This document shows positions 7,510-16,154 of a DNA stretch of 64,000 bases, piece after piece. The DNA comes from a virus. The stretch covers positions 1 through 64,000 of the IMG/VR virus record IMGVR_UViG_2974548309_000001, one strand, 5' to 3'. The notes below the pieces were generated by a model, which saw only the letters and a program-made list of their open reading frames with translations, was not told where the DNA came from and made no database searches. The translations under genes were made by a program, and so were the position numbers. The first letter of the stretch is position 1. Each line of letters begins with the position of its first letter.

Positions 7510-8744
7510 GACTCAAGATGCAGACGTTCACTCCGTTCCAGTATATCAAATTAGATATTGCTAACTCCTTTGGTTTAGACAAGGAGTTGTTTGAGGACCG
7601 GTTAAACTGGTTCGAAGCAAATAAAGATAACTTATCTGGTTTGGTGGATGATGCAGATGAACCTGCACAATTCTACGCAGGTAAGTTGTGCTATGAAGAT
7701 ACCAAGGCAGGACTGCCTACAGGGTATCTGGTAGGTATGGATGCTACTGCATCTGGTCTACAGTGCATGGCAGCACTGACAGGCTGTAAAGTCACAGCAG
7801 AGACTGTGAACATGGTTAATCCTGATGTACGTCATGATGCATACACCGATGGCTATAAAGTCATGGGTGACCTGCTGGATGGCAAACTGGATAAGATTGA
7901 ACGTTCTCATACCAAGGATGCGACTATGACCCATTTCTATGGGTCGAGAGCTAATCCAGTAAACCTGTTTGGTGAGAACACCATAGAGCTTCAGAAGTTC
8001 TATGAAATGGTTCAAATCATTGCTCCAGGTGCAAACATGCTCCGTGACGATTTGATTGCCCTATGGCAGGCAAATGCCCTACAGCATCACTGGACACTTC
8101 CAGATGGATTTAATGCTGTAGTTAAAGTCATGGTTCCGATGGAAGATAGCTTTGAAGTTAATGAACTGAATAGCTCGTTCACTCATCGTTATTGGGTTAA
8201 CCAAGGTCAGAAAGCTGGTCTGTCACTTGCAGCAAATGTCATTCACTCAGTAGATGGGATGATTGTTCGTGAGATGAATCGTCGTGCTAACTACGATTTG
8301 CTCAAAGTACAGCGTGTATACGAGCTTCTGACGAGTTCTACTAAGGCAGGCAGTGTTAAGCCTTCAGTAAGTGATACAAGGCTTGCACAGGCTCTTAAAT
8401 TAACTGAATCCCATAAGTTTGTATCTGCTGTTCTGATTGAGTTTATCGACCATCTCAATATTCACATGGTTCCTCATTGGGTTCGTAAAGAACTAATTGA
8501 AATCATTGAGAAGATGTTAGCTCATAAACCATACCCGATAGTGTCAATTCACGATTGTTTCAAATGTCATCCTCTATACATGAATAATGTACGTCAGAAC
8601 TATATCGATATCTTTGCACAGATTGCTGACAGCAATATGCTGTCTGCTATTGCATCTCAGATATCTGGTAAGCGTATTCCTGTCGCTAAGCTGTCTAACG
8701 ACCTGTCCAAATATATCCGCCAGAGTAATTACATGTTGAGCTAA
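7506..8744 (+). CDS. N4-type RNA polymerase II, catalytic subunit (T7-like single-subunit RNAP palm/fingers)
   Basis: 'GMDATASGLQCMAAL' matches T7 RNAP motif A, 'DGSCSGIQHFSAML'. 'SIHDCF' matches motif C, 'HDSFGT'. First ATG at 7518. Confidence 0.7.
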   Translation: MRLKMQTFTPFQYIKLDIANSFGLDKELFEDRLNWFEANKDNLSGLVDDADEPAQFYAGKLCYEDTKAGLPTGYLVGMDATASGLQCMAALTGCKVTAETVNMVNPDVRHDAYTDGYKVMGDLLDGKLDKIERSHTKDATMTHFYGSRANPVNLFGENTIELQKFYEMVQIIAPGANMLRDDLIALWQANALQHHWTLPDGFNAVVKVMVPMEDSFEVNELNSSFTHRYWVNQGQKAGLSLAANVIHSVDGMIVREMNRRANYDLLKVQRVYELLTSSTKAGSVKPSVSDTRLAQALKLTESHKFVSAVLIEFIDHLNIHMVPHWVRKELIEIIEKMLAHKPYPIVSIHDCFKCHPLYMNNVRQNYIDIFAQIADSNMLSAIASQISGKRIPVAKLSNDLSKYIRQSNYMLS

Positions 8745-8750
8745 AATCCT

Positions 8751-9131
8751 ATGTCTATCTTCACAGCTGTAACTATCGATATTGACCCGTCAGGTCATTA
8801 CGTAGGTATTAACCGTGACCGTATACGTGACTCTCTCGGGTACATACCTGAGATTGTTAATCGTGCTGTTTTATCTTCTGAAAATGAAGATGATGTAGGT
8901 CACAGGATTTGGGAAGTCTACTCATATGGGGAGCCTATGCTCCCTTCAGAAACTGAATCCAAATTCAGTAATGGTTTACTAACCTATCCGGGAGATGAAC
9001 CGCAATATCCAATTGCTGTTTATTATCTGAATAACACCAAAGGGCTTGATATCAAGTTCTGGCAATACGAGCGAGCCATGACCGTGTATACGGTCAATGG
9101 CGAAGCGAGACTAATCGGGAGAATGGATTAA
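8751..9131 (+). CDS. Hypothetical protein (126 aa)
   Basis: Intact ORF. Confidence 0.5.
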   Translation: MSIFTAVTIDIDPSGHYVGINRDRIRDSLGYIPEIVNRAVLSSENEDDVGHRIWEVYSYGEPMLPSETESKFSNGLLTYPGDEPQYPIAVYYLNNTKGLDIKFWQYERAMTVYTVNGEARLIGRMD

Positions 9132-9478
9132 TGATTACTATCGGTTTAATGATGAGAATGCAGTTTATCAAAGACCCTGAAGGTCATGGGTCTAACGTAA
9201 TTATCAAAGCATTTTATTACGACAAGGTTTGGGTACAACATGAACAATCAGGTGTCGATGAGTTAGTAGATATCGCTGATGTTGCATTCCGTAGCCCAAT
9301 TCCGGGTGATGCCCCTAACCACGACCTTATTGCCAGAGACCTTAGAGGTAAATGGCTCTTCTGGAAAGCTGAAGATGGATACTGGTATGAATGCTCAGAC
9401 CCAACAATCCCAACCACAGCCGAATACCAAGGTGAGGTTGAAGCCTATTCGGGCGAAGAACCTAAAACCCTTCACTAA
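9131..9478 (+). CDS. Hypothetical protein (115 aa)
   Basis: Intact ORF with ATGA overlap. Confidence 0.5.
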   Translation: MITIGLMMRMQFIKDPEGHGSNVIIKAFYYDKVWVQHEQSGVDELVDIADVAFRSPIPGDAPNHDLIARDLRGKWLFWKAEDGYWYECSDPTIPTTAEYQGEVEAYSGEEPKTLH

Positions 9479-9479
9479 G

Positions 9480-9635
9480 ATGTATGCCTGGGATGGAAAT
9501 ATCTATCCCATTCATAACGTCTTTATTAATGAATCTATCAAGATTTATGTTTGGGATGGATGGAAATATATCTCTGTCCTCCTACACCCCGAGGATTATG
9601 TATGCGTAGTTGTAAACGAGCAGTACTTGATGTAG
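9480..9635 (+). CDS. Small protein (51 aa, MYAWDGNIYPIHNVF...)
   Basis: ATG 2 nt after the upstream stop. Confidence 0.3.
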   Translation: MYAWDGNIYPIHNVFINESIKIYVWDGWKYISVLLHPEDYVCVVVNEQYLM

Positions 9636-9883
9636 CACTGCTCACTCTAATTCTATCTGCAATTATGATTGGCTTTATATCAGCTGCCTACGGCAGCGAT
9701 TCTGGTATTAATCCAACGTTCGAGAAAGTCGATATTCAGCGAGTACATGATGGCGATGCTGATGTGACTTGCTGGGTACTTTATGTACCCGGAACTCGAA
9801 AAATTATCAACCATACCAGTGATAGTTACAGTATTAGTTGTCTCCCAAATTCGGCTATCAGTCCAAAAGGAACCGATAAATGA
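9602..9883 (+). CDS. Small membrane/secreted protein (93 aa) with N-terminal hydrophobic segment
   Basis: 'MRSCKRAVLDVALLTLILSAIMIGFISAAYG' looks like a signal-anchor. Internal Met of the track ORF. Confidence 0.4.
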   Translation: MRSCKRAVLDVALLTLILSAIMIGFISAAYGSDSGINPTFEKVDIQRVHDGDADVTCWVLYVPGTRKIINHTSDSYSISCLPNSAISPKGTDK

Positions 9884-10065
9884 AGCTTGCCTTCTATTTA
9901 GTAGTCACCCTAATTGTTACTCTTATTTTATATGTTGGGGTACTACCAGCCATGATTTCTGCAAAAGATACCATGTCAGTGTTAGGCGGTATCGCTATTA
10001 CAGTCCTTTATCCGGTATGTCTGTACCGTATTTTTAAACCTCTGATTAGGAAATATTTCCCATGA
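9880..10065 (+). CDS. Small two-TM membrane protein (61 aa)
   Basis: Hydrophobic ORF with overlapping start/stop coupling. Confidence 0.45.
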   Translation: MKLAFYLVVTLIVTLILYVGVLPAMISAKDTMSVLGGIAITVLYPVCLYRIFKPLIRKYFP

Positions 10066-10922
10066 AAAAAGTATTTTTGACAGTTGCACTAGTATTAGGT
10101 GCACTAACTTTAACTGGCTGTGACCGTGTAGAACCGGGCCATGTTGGTATTAAAGTGAATAAGCTGGGCGACGACAAAGGCGTAGGCGAAGTTGTTGGCG
10201 TAGGTCGTTACTGGACTGGTTGGAACACAACCGTCTATACGTTCCCAACGTTCAAGCAGATGAAGACGTATGACGATACGTTTAACTTCCAAATGTCAGA
10301 TGGTACAACTATTGGCTATCACATCGGTATGGCCTACAAGGTCAACCCGACCAAAGTGACCACTGTCTTCCAAACGTATCGTAAAGGTGTCGATGACATC
10401 ACCGATACGGACATGAAACAGAAAATCGCTGATAGCCTCAACCGTCTGGCTAGCCGTATGACCACCGACAAGTTCATTGACGGCGGTAAAGCTGACCTTC
10501 TGGATGCTGCGCTGAAAGAAATGCAGGAAGAGATGGCTCCAATTGGTATCGACGTCATCAGTCTGTCCTACGTTGGGAAACCGGAATACCCGGAAACCGT
10601 TATCGCTTCTATCAATGCGAAAGTGACTGCGAACCAGACTACGCTGCAACGTACTCAAGAAGTATTGCAACGTGAAGCAGAAGCAAACATGGCTCGTGCT
10701 CAGGCAGATGGTGCTGCTGACGTTAAACGTAAAGAAGCACAGGCAGAAGCTGATGCCGTTATCATGAAGGCAAATGCTGAAGCAGAAGCTATCGCTAAAG
10801 TAGGTGAAGCCCTGAACCGCTATCCTCAGATGAAAGACCTTCGGTCTATTGAGAAGTGGAACGGTGCTCTGCCAACTTATATGACGCAGGGTAGTGTTAC
10901 CCCGTTCGTATCATTTAAGTGA
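10062..10922 (+). CDS. SPFH/band-7 (prohibitin/HflC-like) lipoprotein
   Basis: Signal peptide plus the lipobox 'LTLTGC'. The central SPFH-like region and the Ala/Glu-rich coiled-coil tail are typical of band-7 proteins. Codon usage is GC-rich. Confidence 0.6.
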   Translation: MKKVFLTVALVLGALTLTGCDRVEPGHVGIKVNKLGDDKGVGEVVGVGRYWTGWNTTVYTFPTFKQMKTYDDTFNFQMSDGTTIGYHIGMAYKVNPTKVTTVFQTYRKGVDDITDTDMKQKIADSLNRLASRMTTDKFIDGGKADLLDAALKEMQEEMAPIGIDVISLSYVGKPEYPETVIASINAKVTANQTTLQRTQEVLQREAEANMARAQADGAADVKRKEAQAEADAVIMKANAEAEAIAKVGEALNRYPQMKDLRSIEKWNGALPTYMTQGSVTPFVSFK

Positions 10923-11009
10923 TTCTATGCCCTCTTTGGAGGGCATTTTAATTTTTTATAAATGCTATAGGATGCTATGGCATTTCTACAAAGTTAAACA
11001 GGAACTCTT

Positions 11010-11459
11010 ATGCAAGTTAAACTGAGAACTCTCGTTTTTAAAAATCCTTCAATGTGTATCCCAGCTCCAGCTACTGATGGTTCTGCTGGCGTAGATTTAA
11101 GAGCTAATGTGGCTATGCCATTTACTCTTGCTCCGGACGAAACCAAACTGGTTGAAACTGGTATTGCTATTCATCTGGAAGATGTATCAAAAGCAGCAAT
11201 GATTCTTCCTCGTTCTGGCTTAGGTCATAAGCACGGTATTGTGCTGGGTAACCTCACTGGCCTCATTGATAGTGACTATCAGGGAGAGCTTATGGTGAGC
11301 TTGTGGAATCGCTCTACAGAGCCTTTCACAGTTAACCCTGGTGACCGTATTGCCCAGATGGTAATCGTCCCTGTAGAGCGTCCTGAATTCGTTGTAGTAG
11401 ATTCATTTGAGTCTACTGAACGTGGTGAAGGCGGCTTTAATTCAACAGGGACTAAATAA
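11010..11459 (+). CDS. dut: dUTP diphosphatase (dUTPase)
   Basis: Trimeric-dUTPase motifs are present: 'GSAGVDLRA', '[15 protein letters not shown]', '[11 protein letters not shown]' and 'GDRIAQMV'. Confidence 0.9.
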   Translation: MQVKLRTLVFKNPSMCIPAPATDGSAGVDLRANVAMPFTLAPDETKLVETGIAIHLEDVSKAAMILPRSGLGHKHGIVLGNLTGLIDSDYQGELMVSLWNRSTEPFTVNPGDRIAQMVIVPVERPEFVVVDSFESTERGEGGFNSTGTK

Positions 11460-11632
11460 TGACTGAGCCAATGAATAAATTCGATTGGGAAAGGCATAAG
11501 CATAATATCGCTGAGATAGATAAAGCGATTGTTGGTCACGAAGCTGAGATAGCTCGTCTACAAGAAGAGCGTCGTGAGTATATCAATCGCCATAACTTAA
11601 ACAAATGTCTCGATAAAACCTATCCTGTCTAA
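11459..11632 (+). CDS. Small hypothetical protein (57 aa)
   Basis: ORF below the track cutoff, overlapping the dut stop. Its own stop is embedded in the downstream hairpin. Confidence 0.3.
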   Translation: MTEPMNKFDWERHKHNIAEIDKAIVGHEAEIARLQEERREYINRHNLNKCLDKTYPV

Positions 11633-11653
11633 GCGCCTACGGCGCTATTTTTG
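11632..11653 (+). terminator. Hairpin agcgcc-tac-ggcgct + ttttt (terminator; member of the stop-anchored hairpin family)
   Basis: 6-7 bp GC stem followed by a T-run. Confidence 0.6.
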
Positions 11654-11659
11654 GTTAGA

Positions 11660-11685
11660 GCCACCTCCGGGTGGCTTTATTTTTT
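11660..11685 (+). terminator. Intrinsic terminator gccacc-tccg-ggtggc + tttatttttt
   Basis: Perfect stem and T-run, 8 nt after the previous hairpin (a tandem terminator pair). Confidence 0.7.
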
Positions 11686-11696
11686 AGGAGAACCAG

Positions 11697-12020
11697 ATGG
11701 CTAAAGAATCAGGTTCAAAACTGAATGTAGAGTTGGGCGATAAGTATATTGTTACGTCCAACAGCTATACGTTTGTTTTGGTCGAACGTAAAAAGATTAA
11801 GAGTGGTGTTAAAGCAGGTCAGGACCAGTTTGCCAACTGTGGTTACTTCCAGAACCTTAACAGCTTAGCCAAATTCTTAATCAACAAAGAGATTCGTGAA
11901 AGCGAACTCACTTCATTACAGCAGATAGCCGAACGAGTGGATGAACTCGGAGAAGGTATCGGTAAGCTGTTAACTCAAATTATCAATCAATCTGAAGGTA
12001 AAACAGATGGAAAAGATTGA
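11697..12020 (+). CDS. Hypothetical protein (107 aa)
   Basis: ORF with an AGGAG RBS. Confidence 0.5.
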   Translation: MAKESGSKLNVELGDKYIVTSNSYTFVLVERKKIKSGVKAGQDQFANCGYFQNLNSLAKFLINKEIRESELTSLQQIAERVDELGEGIGKLLTQIINQSEGKTDGKD

Positions 12021-12417
12021 AGTAGTACTGCCGAGCAAAGAAACCATCATGACCGTACTGTCATGGCTGCATAGCGAAAAAGAAGAGCCATACATCAATT
12101 GTGCTCGTTCTTTGACTGCTGCATATGGTTCCAAGCTGGGCATGGAAGGTGGTATGCAGTTTATAGCTGAAATGGCTAAACAAACCATGTCTCCTGAAGT
12201 TGCTGAACGTGCTGCTGTAATCGAACAGATTCAAAAGTACATGCTGGAAGATGGTCTGCCAGAACATATTGTCATGATGGAAACCTCAAAAGCTTTACTG
12301 ATTTTAGCGCGCTTCTACATGCAATTTGGGGTTACTCCTCAGATTGTCCGGCAAGAATCTCAGTACACCATTGATGTTGGTTTACCGGGTATTTATTTCT
12401 TAAACCCGGAAGCCTAA
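12007..12417 (+). CDS. Hypothetical protein (136 aa)
   Basis: Intact ORF. Confidence 0.5.
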   Translation: MEKIEVVLPSKETIMTVLSWLHSEKEEPYINCARSLTAAYGSKLGMEGGMQFIAEMAKQTMSPEVAERAAVIEQIQKYMLEDGLPEHIVMMETSKALLILARFYMQFGVTPQIVRQESQYTIDVGLPGIYFLNPEA

Positions 12418-12432
12418 CGCACTCCGTGCGTT
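12416..12432 (+). promoter_or_regulatory. Stop-anchored hairpin aacgcac-tcc-gtgcgtt (7-bp stem, 3-nt loop), no T-run
   Basis: Shares the architecture 'TAA-stem-tcc-stem' with the hairpins at 17513 and 19797. Confidence 0.4.
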
Positions 12433-12483
12433 GTATAGGAGTCATTTGGCTCCTTATTTTTCATCTGAAAGAGGTAAATAAAA

Positions 12484-12810
12484 ATGTCCAAGCCAGAAAT
12501 CGATTTAAAAAAAATTGATACATTGCGTAATGCATTCAATGCAATGGTAGTATCTCACCAGCCAGTGTCGGTAGGTGATATTGTCATTATCAACCCTGCT
12601 AATGAAGGGTTCTTCCGTTTTCCGACAGTTGACCGTCCGGGTATTGTTACTGAACTGCTGCCCCATCCTAAAAGAGGTTGGGAATTTGAAGACAATGCTA
12701 GTAATACCCCAGCTTCTGCAATGATTTTTGATTGCATTGTTCACATCGTCGATGAAGATGGTGATGTAATCCCATTCCTAATGGATTCCCGCCGTCTCCT
12801 GAAAGTTTAA
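12484..12810 (+). CDS. Hypothetical protein (108 aa)
   Basis: Intact ORF. Confidence 0.5.
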   Translation: MSKPEIDLKKIDTLRNAFNAMVVSHQPVSVGDIVIINPANEGFFRFPTVDRPGIVTELLPHPKRGWEFEDNASNTPASAMIFDCIVHIVDEDGDVIPFLMDSRRLLKV

Positions 12811-12825
12811 CCGGGTAGGTGATGT

Positions 12826-13152
12826 ATGAGACCAATAGCTATTAAGCGTGCTATAGAGCGTGCTTTCAGCGCTAAATTGGTCCCGTTTATCAAAGGTAGT
12901 CCGGGCATTGGTAAATCTGCGATTATTCGTCAGATAGCCAAAGAGTTTAAGTTACTGGTTATTGACCTACGCTTAGGTCAGTGTGACCCAACTGACTTGC
13001 TCGGATTTCCTAATATTGAAAACGGGCGTTCGGTTTATCACCCACCAAAAGATATCCCCATTGTAGGGGATAAAGTGCCTGAAGGTTATAACGGCTGGCT
13101 GCTGTTCCTCGATGAGATGAATACAGCGCCAAAAGCTGTTCAAGCTGCTGCT
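12826..13152 (+). CDS. MoxR-like AAA+ ATPase, exon 1 (Walker A GSPGIGKS, Walker B LLFLDEMN...AVQAAA)
   Basis: The protein terminates exactly inside the conserved 'DE(I/M)N.A.P.VQ.ALLE' block of MoxR ATPases. Confidence 0.65.
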
Positions 13153-14011
13153 TAACATAATAGGCATTCATGGGAGAAATCCCATGTCTAAAGCTACTTA
13201 AAACAGGAAACTCTGACTGTTGTATTAGTTTAATACTGCTTGTACAATAAAAGACAATCTGTTGCTAAGTGGAATTATTATGGAACTCTGGAAAGACATA
13301 GAAAACTTCGAGGGCTTATACCAAGTATCGAACTTAGGTAGAGTAAGAAGTCTAGACCATCTGGTTGCCTGTAAAGGCAATAAAACCAGAATGGTTAAAG
13401 GTATCCTCCGTAAACCATCAATCAACCGAAAAGGGTATGCTCTATATGTATTGAGCAAACCAGAAGGATTGATAGGTATTACTGGACACCAATTAGTAGC
13501 CCAAGCATTTATGCCAGGCTTCCAGAGAGGTACTGAGTTAAACCATATCAATGGTAATAAACTCGATAATGCAATCACTAATTTAGAGCCAAGTAACTCA
13601 TCACATAATCAATTACATGCGGTGAGGACAGGACTTAAACAGAAATCTGGTAAGTCAAAATATCGTAATGTTACTTATGTAACTAACCCACGAGCTAAAG
13701 CTAAGTGGGCTGCAAGTATTCGACACGAAGGTAAATCATCCTATGGATGGAAAACTTTTATGAAGGAAGAAGATGCTGCACGATATGTAGATGAATTACT
13801 TGATTCAATTGGTGATACACAGCGTATCCGTAATTTTCCTAAATGCCCAACGACTATCCCGTGAGGGAGTAGAACCAAGTGGTTCGAAACAGTAGCCCCC
13901 TGAACAGGTAAAGCTGAAGGGGTTGATATAGTCTCCTCTGCATAGAAATATGCAGCAGTTCATAAGAGAACGTATAGTGCTTAACGAACACTGTAGAAGA
14001 TAAGGTATAAG
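13153..14011 (+). ncRNA. Putative group I intron (about 859 nt) carrying an HNH endonuclease ORF
   Basis: The 5' exon ends in U and the intron ends in G. The guide sequence 'UAAUAGGCA' can pair with the exon-1 end (UGCU, P1) and the exon-2 start (UAUUG, P10). 'GAUAUAGUC' is S-element-like. A 'caugggaGAAAucccaug' GNRA hairpin is present. Splicing restores 'AAALLDGMVGQ'. Confidence 0.6.
13280..13864 (+). CDS. HNH homing endonuclease (NUMOD4 'FEGLYQVSNLGRVRS' + HNH + AP2-like tail), intron-encoded
   Basis: Motifs read from the translation. The gene lies wholly between the two ATPase exons. Confidence 0.65.
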   Translation: MELWKDIENFEGLYQVSNLGRVRSLDHLVACKGNKTRMVKGILRKPSINRKGYALYVLSKPEGLIGITGHQLVAQAFMPGFQRGTELNHINGNKLDNAITNLEPSNSSHNQLHAVRTGLKQKSGKSKYRNVTYVTNPRAKAKWAASIRHEGKSSYGWKTFMKEEDAARYVDELLDSIGDTQRIRNFPKCPTTIP

Positions 14012-14695
14012 TTATTGGATGGAATGGTTGGTCAAACCAGACTTCATCCTGACGTATATATTGCAGCGGCAGGTAACAAAGATACTGATGGAGCCATCAC
14101 CACTACAATGAGTAGTGCGACTCTATCACGTATCGTCAATTTGGAACTGGAAGCGAACTTCGATGATTGGAAAATCTGGGCATTGGATAATGCCATCGAC
14201 CATCGCATCCTATCTTTCTTAATGTTTAAGGAAGACCTATTCCATAAATTCAATCCACAGGACCTTAAAAATCCATTCCCATGTCCTCGTACTTGGGACT
14301 TTACTAGCCGTGTTTCTCATGGTTTGGAACTCAGTATTGATAATGACTATGGCATTATCTCTGGGATAATCGGTCCGGGGGCTGCAAGAGAGTTCATTGA
14401 ATACACTTCAATCTATGGAAAGATTAAGACTATCGATGAAATTCTTAAAGACCCAGAAGGCATTGAAATTGAGAACAGACCGGACATTAAGTACGCTTAC
14501 GCTGGTTATGTTGCTTCTAAAATTGACCCTAATAACGGTGCTCAGTTGATGAAGTTTATCAATAAACTGCCGGTTGAATTCCAGATTGTAACTTTAAGTA
14601 GTGCTGTTAAAGCACGGCCTGCCATTGTTCAAGTTCCTGAAATTCAGGATTGGGTGATGAAATACGCTAACGAGTCCGGTGCAGGTATGCTCTAA
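14012..14695 (+). CDS. MoxR-like AAA+ ATPase, exon 2 (sensor region 'VYIAAAGN...' and C-terminal lid)
   Basis: Continues the MoxR motif order after the junction. The track ORF starts at TTG 14015 in the same frame. Confidence 0.6.
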   Translation, partial: LLDGMVGQTRLHPDVYIAAAGNKDTDGAITTTMSSATLSRIVNLELEANFDDWKIWALDNAIDHRILSFLMFKEDLFHKFNPQDLKNPFPCPRTWDFTSRVSHGLELSIDNDYGIISGIIGPGAAREFIEYTSIYGKIKTIDEILKDPEGIEIENRPDIKYAYAGYVASKIDPNNGAQLMKFINKLPVEFQIVTLSSAVKARPAIVQVPEIQDWVMKYANESGAGML

Positions 14696-14706
14696 GGAGA
14701 CCCTGT

Positions 14707-15804
14707 ATGGATAAAGATAAAGCGTTAGATTTAGCAAAAGTAGATTTGTTCTCGATAAGAAAGAATACTTTCATCTGTTCTATGTTCTGCTCGCTTCAGC
14801 TGAACTGGAATGATGATGTACCCACAGCTTGTACTGATGGGTTGAGTATAGAAATAAATCCAAAGTTCTTTATGGATTTATCCAGGCCGATGAGGGTGAC
14901 GCTTCTCGCCCATGAAACCTGGCATGTTGTGTTAAAACACATGTCGAGACTATCGGGAAGAAATCCAACCATCTGGAACTATGCCTGCGACTACTACATA
15001 AATAATATGTTGGATGACGCTGGCTATGCGATGGATTGTGGATTGATGGACCACAAGTACGATGGTATAAGTGCTCCACAAATCTACGACTTACTAATCA
15101 GTAACCCACCACCAATGCCATCTGGTGGATTTGGTTTGGATATTAAGAAGAACCAAGGTCTATCAGATGAACAGGTCAATACCCAGATTGACTCTATGCT
15201 TATCCGAAGCAGTATTGCTGCGTCTCAACGTGGTCAGTACGGCGATATCCCCGGAGACATACGTGCCTATCTGGAGGATTTATTAAATCCAAAACTGCCG
15301 TGGAATGACATTCTCAGAAACTTTGTTAATGAGATGACTCGAAACGATTATTCGTGGAAGAAGGTCAATAGACGTTTTCTTCCAGATATCTATCTTCCTT
15401 CATTAAACTCTGAAGGACTGGAGCATATCATTTTTTATACTGATATTTCCGGTTCAGTTACTGATGCACAGTTCACTGTGTACATCAGTGAAATTCATGC
15501 CATTAAGAAACAGCTGAATCCAAAAAGGATTACTGTCTGTACCTTCGATACGAGGATTCATAATGTGTATGAGTTAGAGGAAGGGGATGATATCAGTCAA
15601 TGTGAATTCACTGGTAGAGGTGGTACCTCATTAGGTTGCGTGTATGACCACGCAGCTAAAGAGAAACCCGAACTGATAGTTGTCTTCTCTGATTTAGACT
15701 GTCGTCAAATGGAGAAGGCACCTGTACCTAATGTTATTTGGGTTTGCCTTGATAACCCAAGAGCAGAAGTTAAGTTCGGACAACTGATTCACGTAAACAG
15801 TTAA
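14707..15804 (+). CDS. vWA-like / putative HExxH metallopeptidase-like protein (DUF2201-type MoxR partner)
   Basis: 'LLAHETWHVVLKH' is an HExxH-type motif. Its size and position immediately after the MoxR ATPase match the MoxR-vWA pairing (from general knowledge of MoxR-vWA systems). Confidence 0.5.
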   Translation: MDKDKALDLAKVDLFSIRKNTFICSMFCSLQLNWNDDVPTACTDGLSIEINPKFFMDLSRPMRVTLLAHETWHVVLKHMSRLSGRNPTIWNYACDYYINNMLDDAGYAMDCGLMDHKYDGISAPQIYDLLISNPPPMPSGGFGLDIKKNQGLSDEQVNTQIDSMLIRSSIAASQRGQYGDIPGDIRAYLEDLLNPKLPWNDILRNFVNEMTRNDYSWKKVNRRFLPDIYLPSLNSEGLEHIIFYTDISGSVTDAQFTVYISEIHAIKKQLNPKRITVCTFDTRIHNVYELEEGDDISQCEFTGRGGTSLGCVYDHAAKEKPELIVVFSDLDCRQMEKAPVPNVIWVCLDNPRAEVKFGQLIHVNS

Positions 15805-15851
15805 TATACGTGGCGGGTAATCTTTTTTAAGTTTACCTTTCAGATGTTTTT

Positions 15852-15884
15852 GCCCTCCTTGTGGGGGCATTTTTTTTTTTTTTT
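15852..15884 (+). terminator. Intrinsic terminator: GC hairpin (gccctcc...gggggc) followed by a 15-nt T homopolymer
   Basis: Stem-loop plus T15, read directly from the sequence. Confidence 0.7.
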
Positions 15885-15893
15885 GGAGGTCAT

Positions 15894-16151
15894 ATGGGTC
15901 TTTACCTGTATTGCCAAAATACCGAATGCGGTTCTTATGTTGACGGTATGGACTGTCAGTTATGTGGGTGGAAACAGCCACCACCTAAACCAGAATTCGA
16001 ATTGCCAGAAGATTTGAAGCAGGCTATTCAAAACGCTTTAGATTATGTCGGTCATGACTGTCGGTTAGACCATCATGGCTTATGCCAAGAACATGGACTT
16101 CAAGAAGGAGACTCCTGCTTCGCAGGCGTATTCAGAAAATACTTGGAGTGA
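15894..16151 (+). CDS. Small Cys-rich (zinc-ribbon-like) protein, 'LYLYCQNTECGSYVDGMDCQLCGW'
   Basis: ATG 6 nt after GGAGG, with two CxxC-like pairs. It resembles the ClpX N-terminal zinc-binding domain pattern 'LYCSFCGK...C..C' (resemblance only). Confidence 0.45.
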   Translation: MGLYLYCQNTECGSYVDGMDCQLCGWKQPPPKPEFELPEDLKQAIQNALDYVGHDCRLDHHGLCQEHGLQEGDSCFAGVFRKYLE

Positions 16152-16154
16152 ACC

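Noticed and set aside
9279-9635. 118-aa track ORF
   Set aside because: It overlaps 9131..9478 out of frame for 200 nt. Only the distal part from ATG 9480 is plausible.
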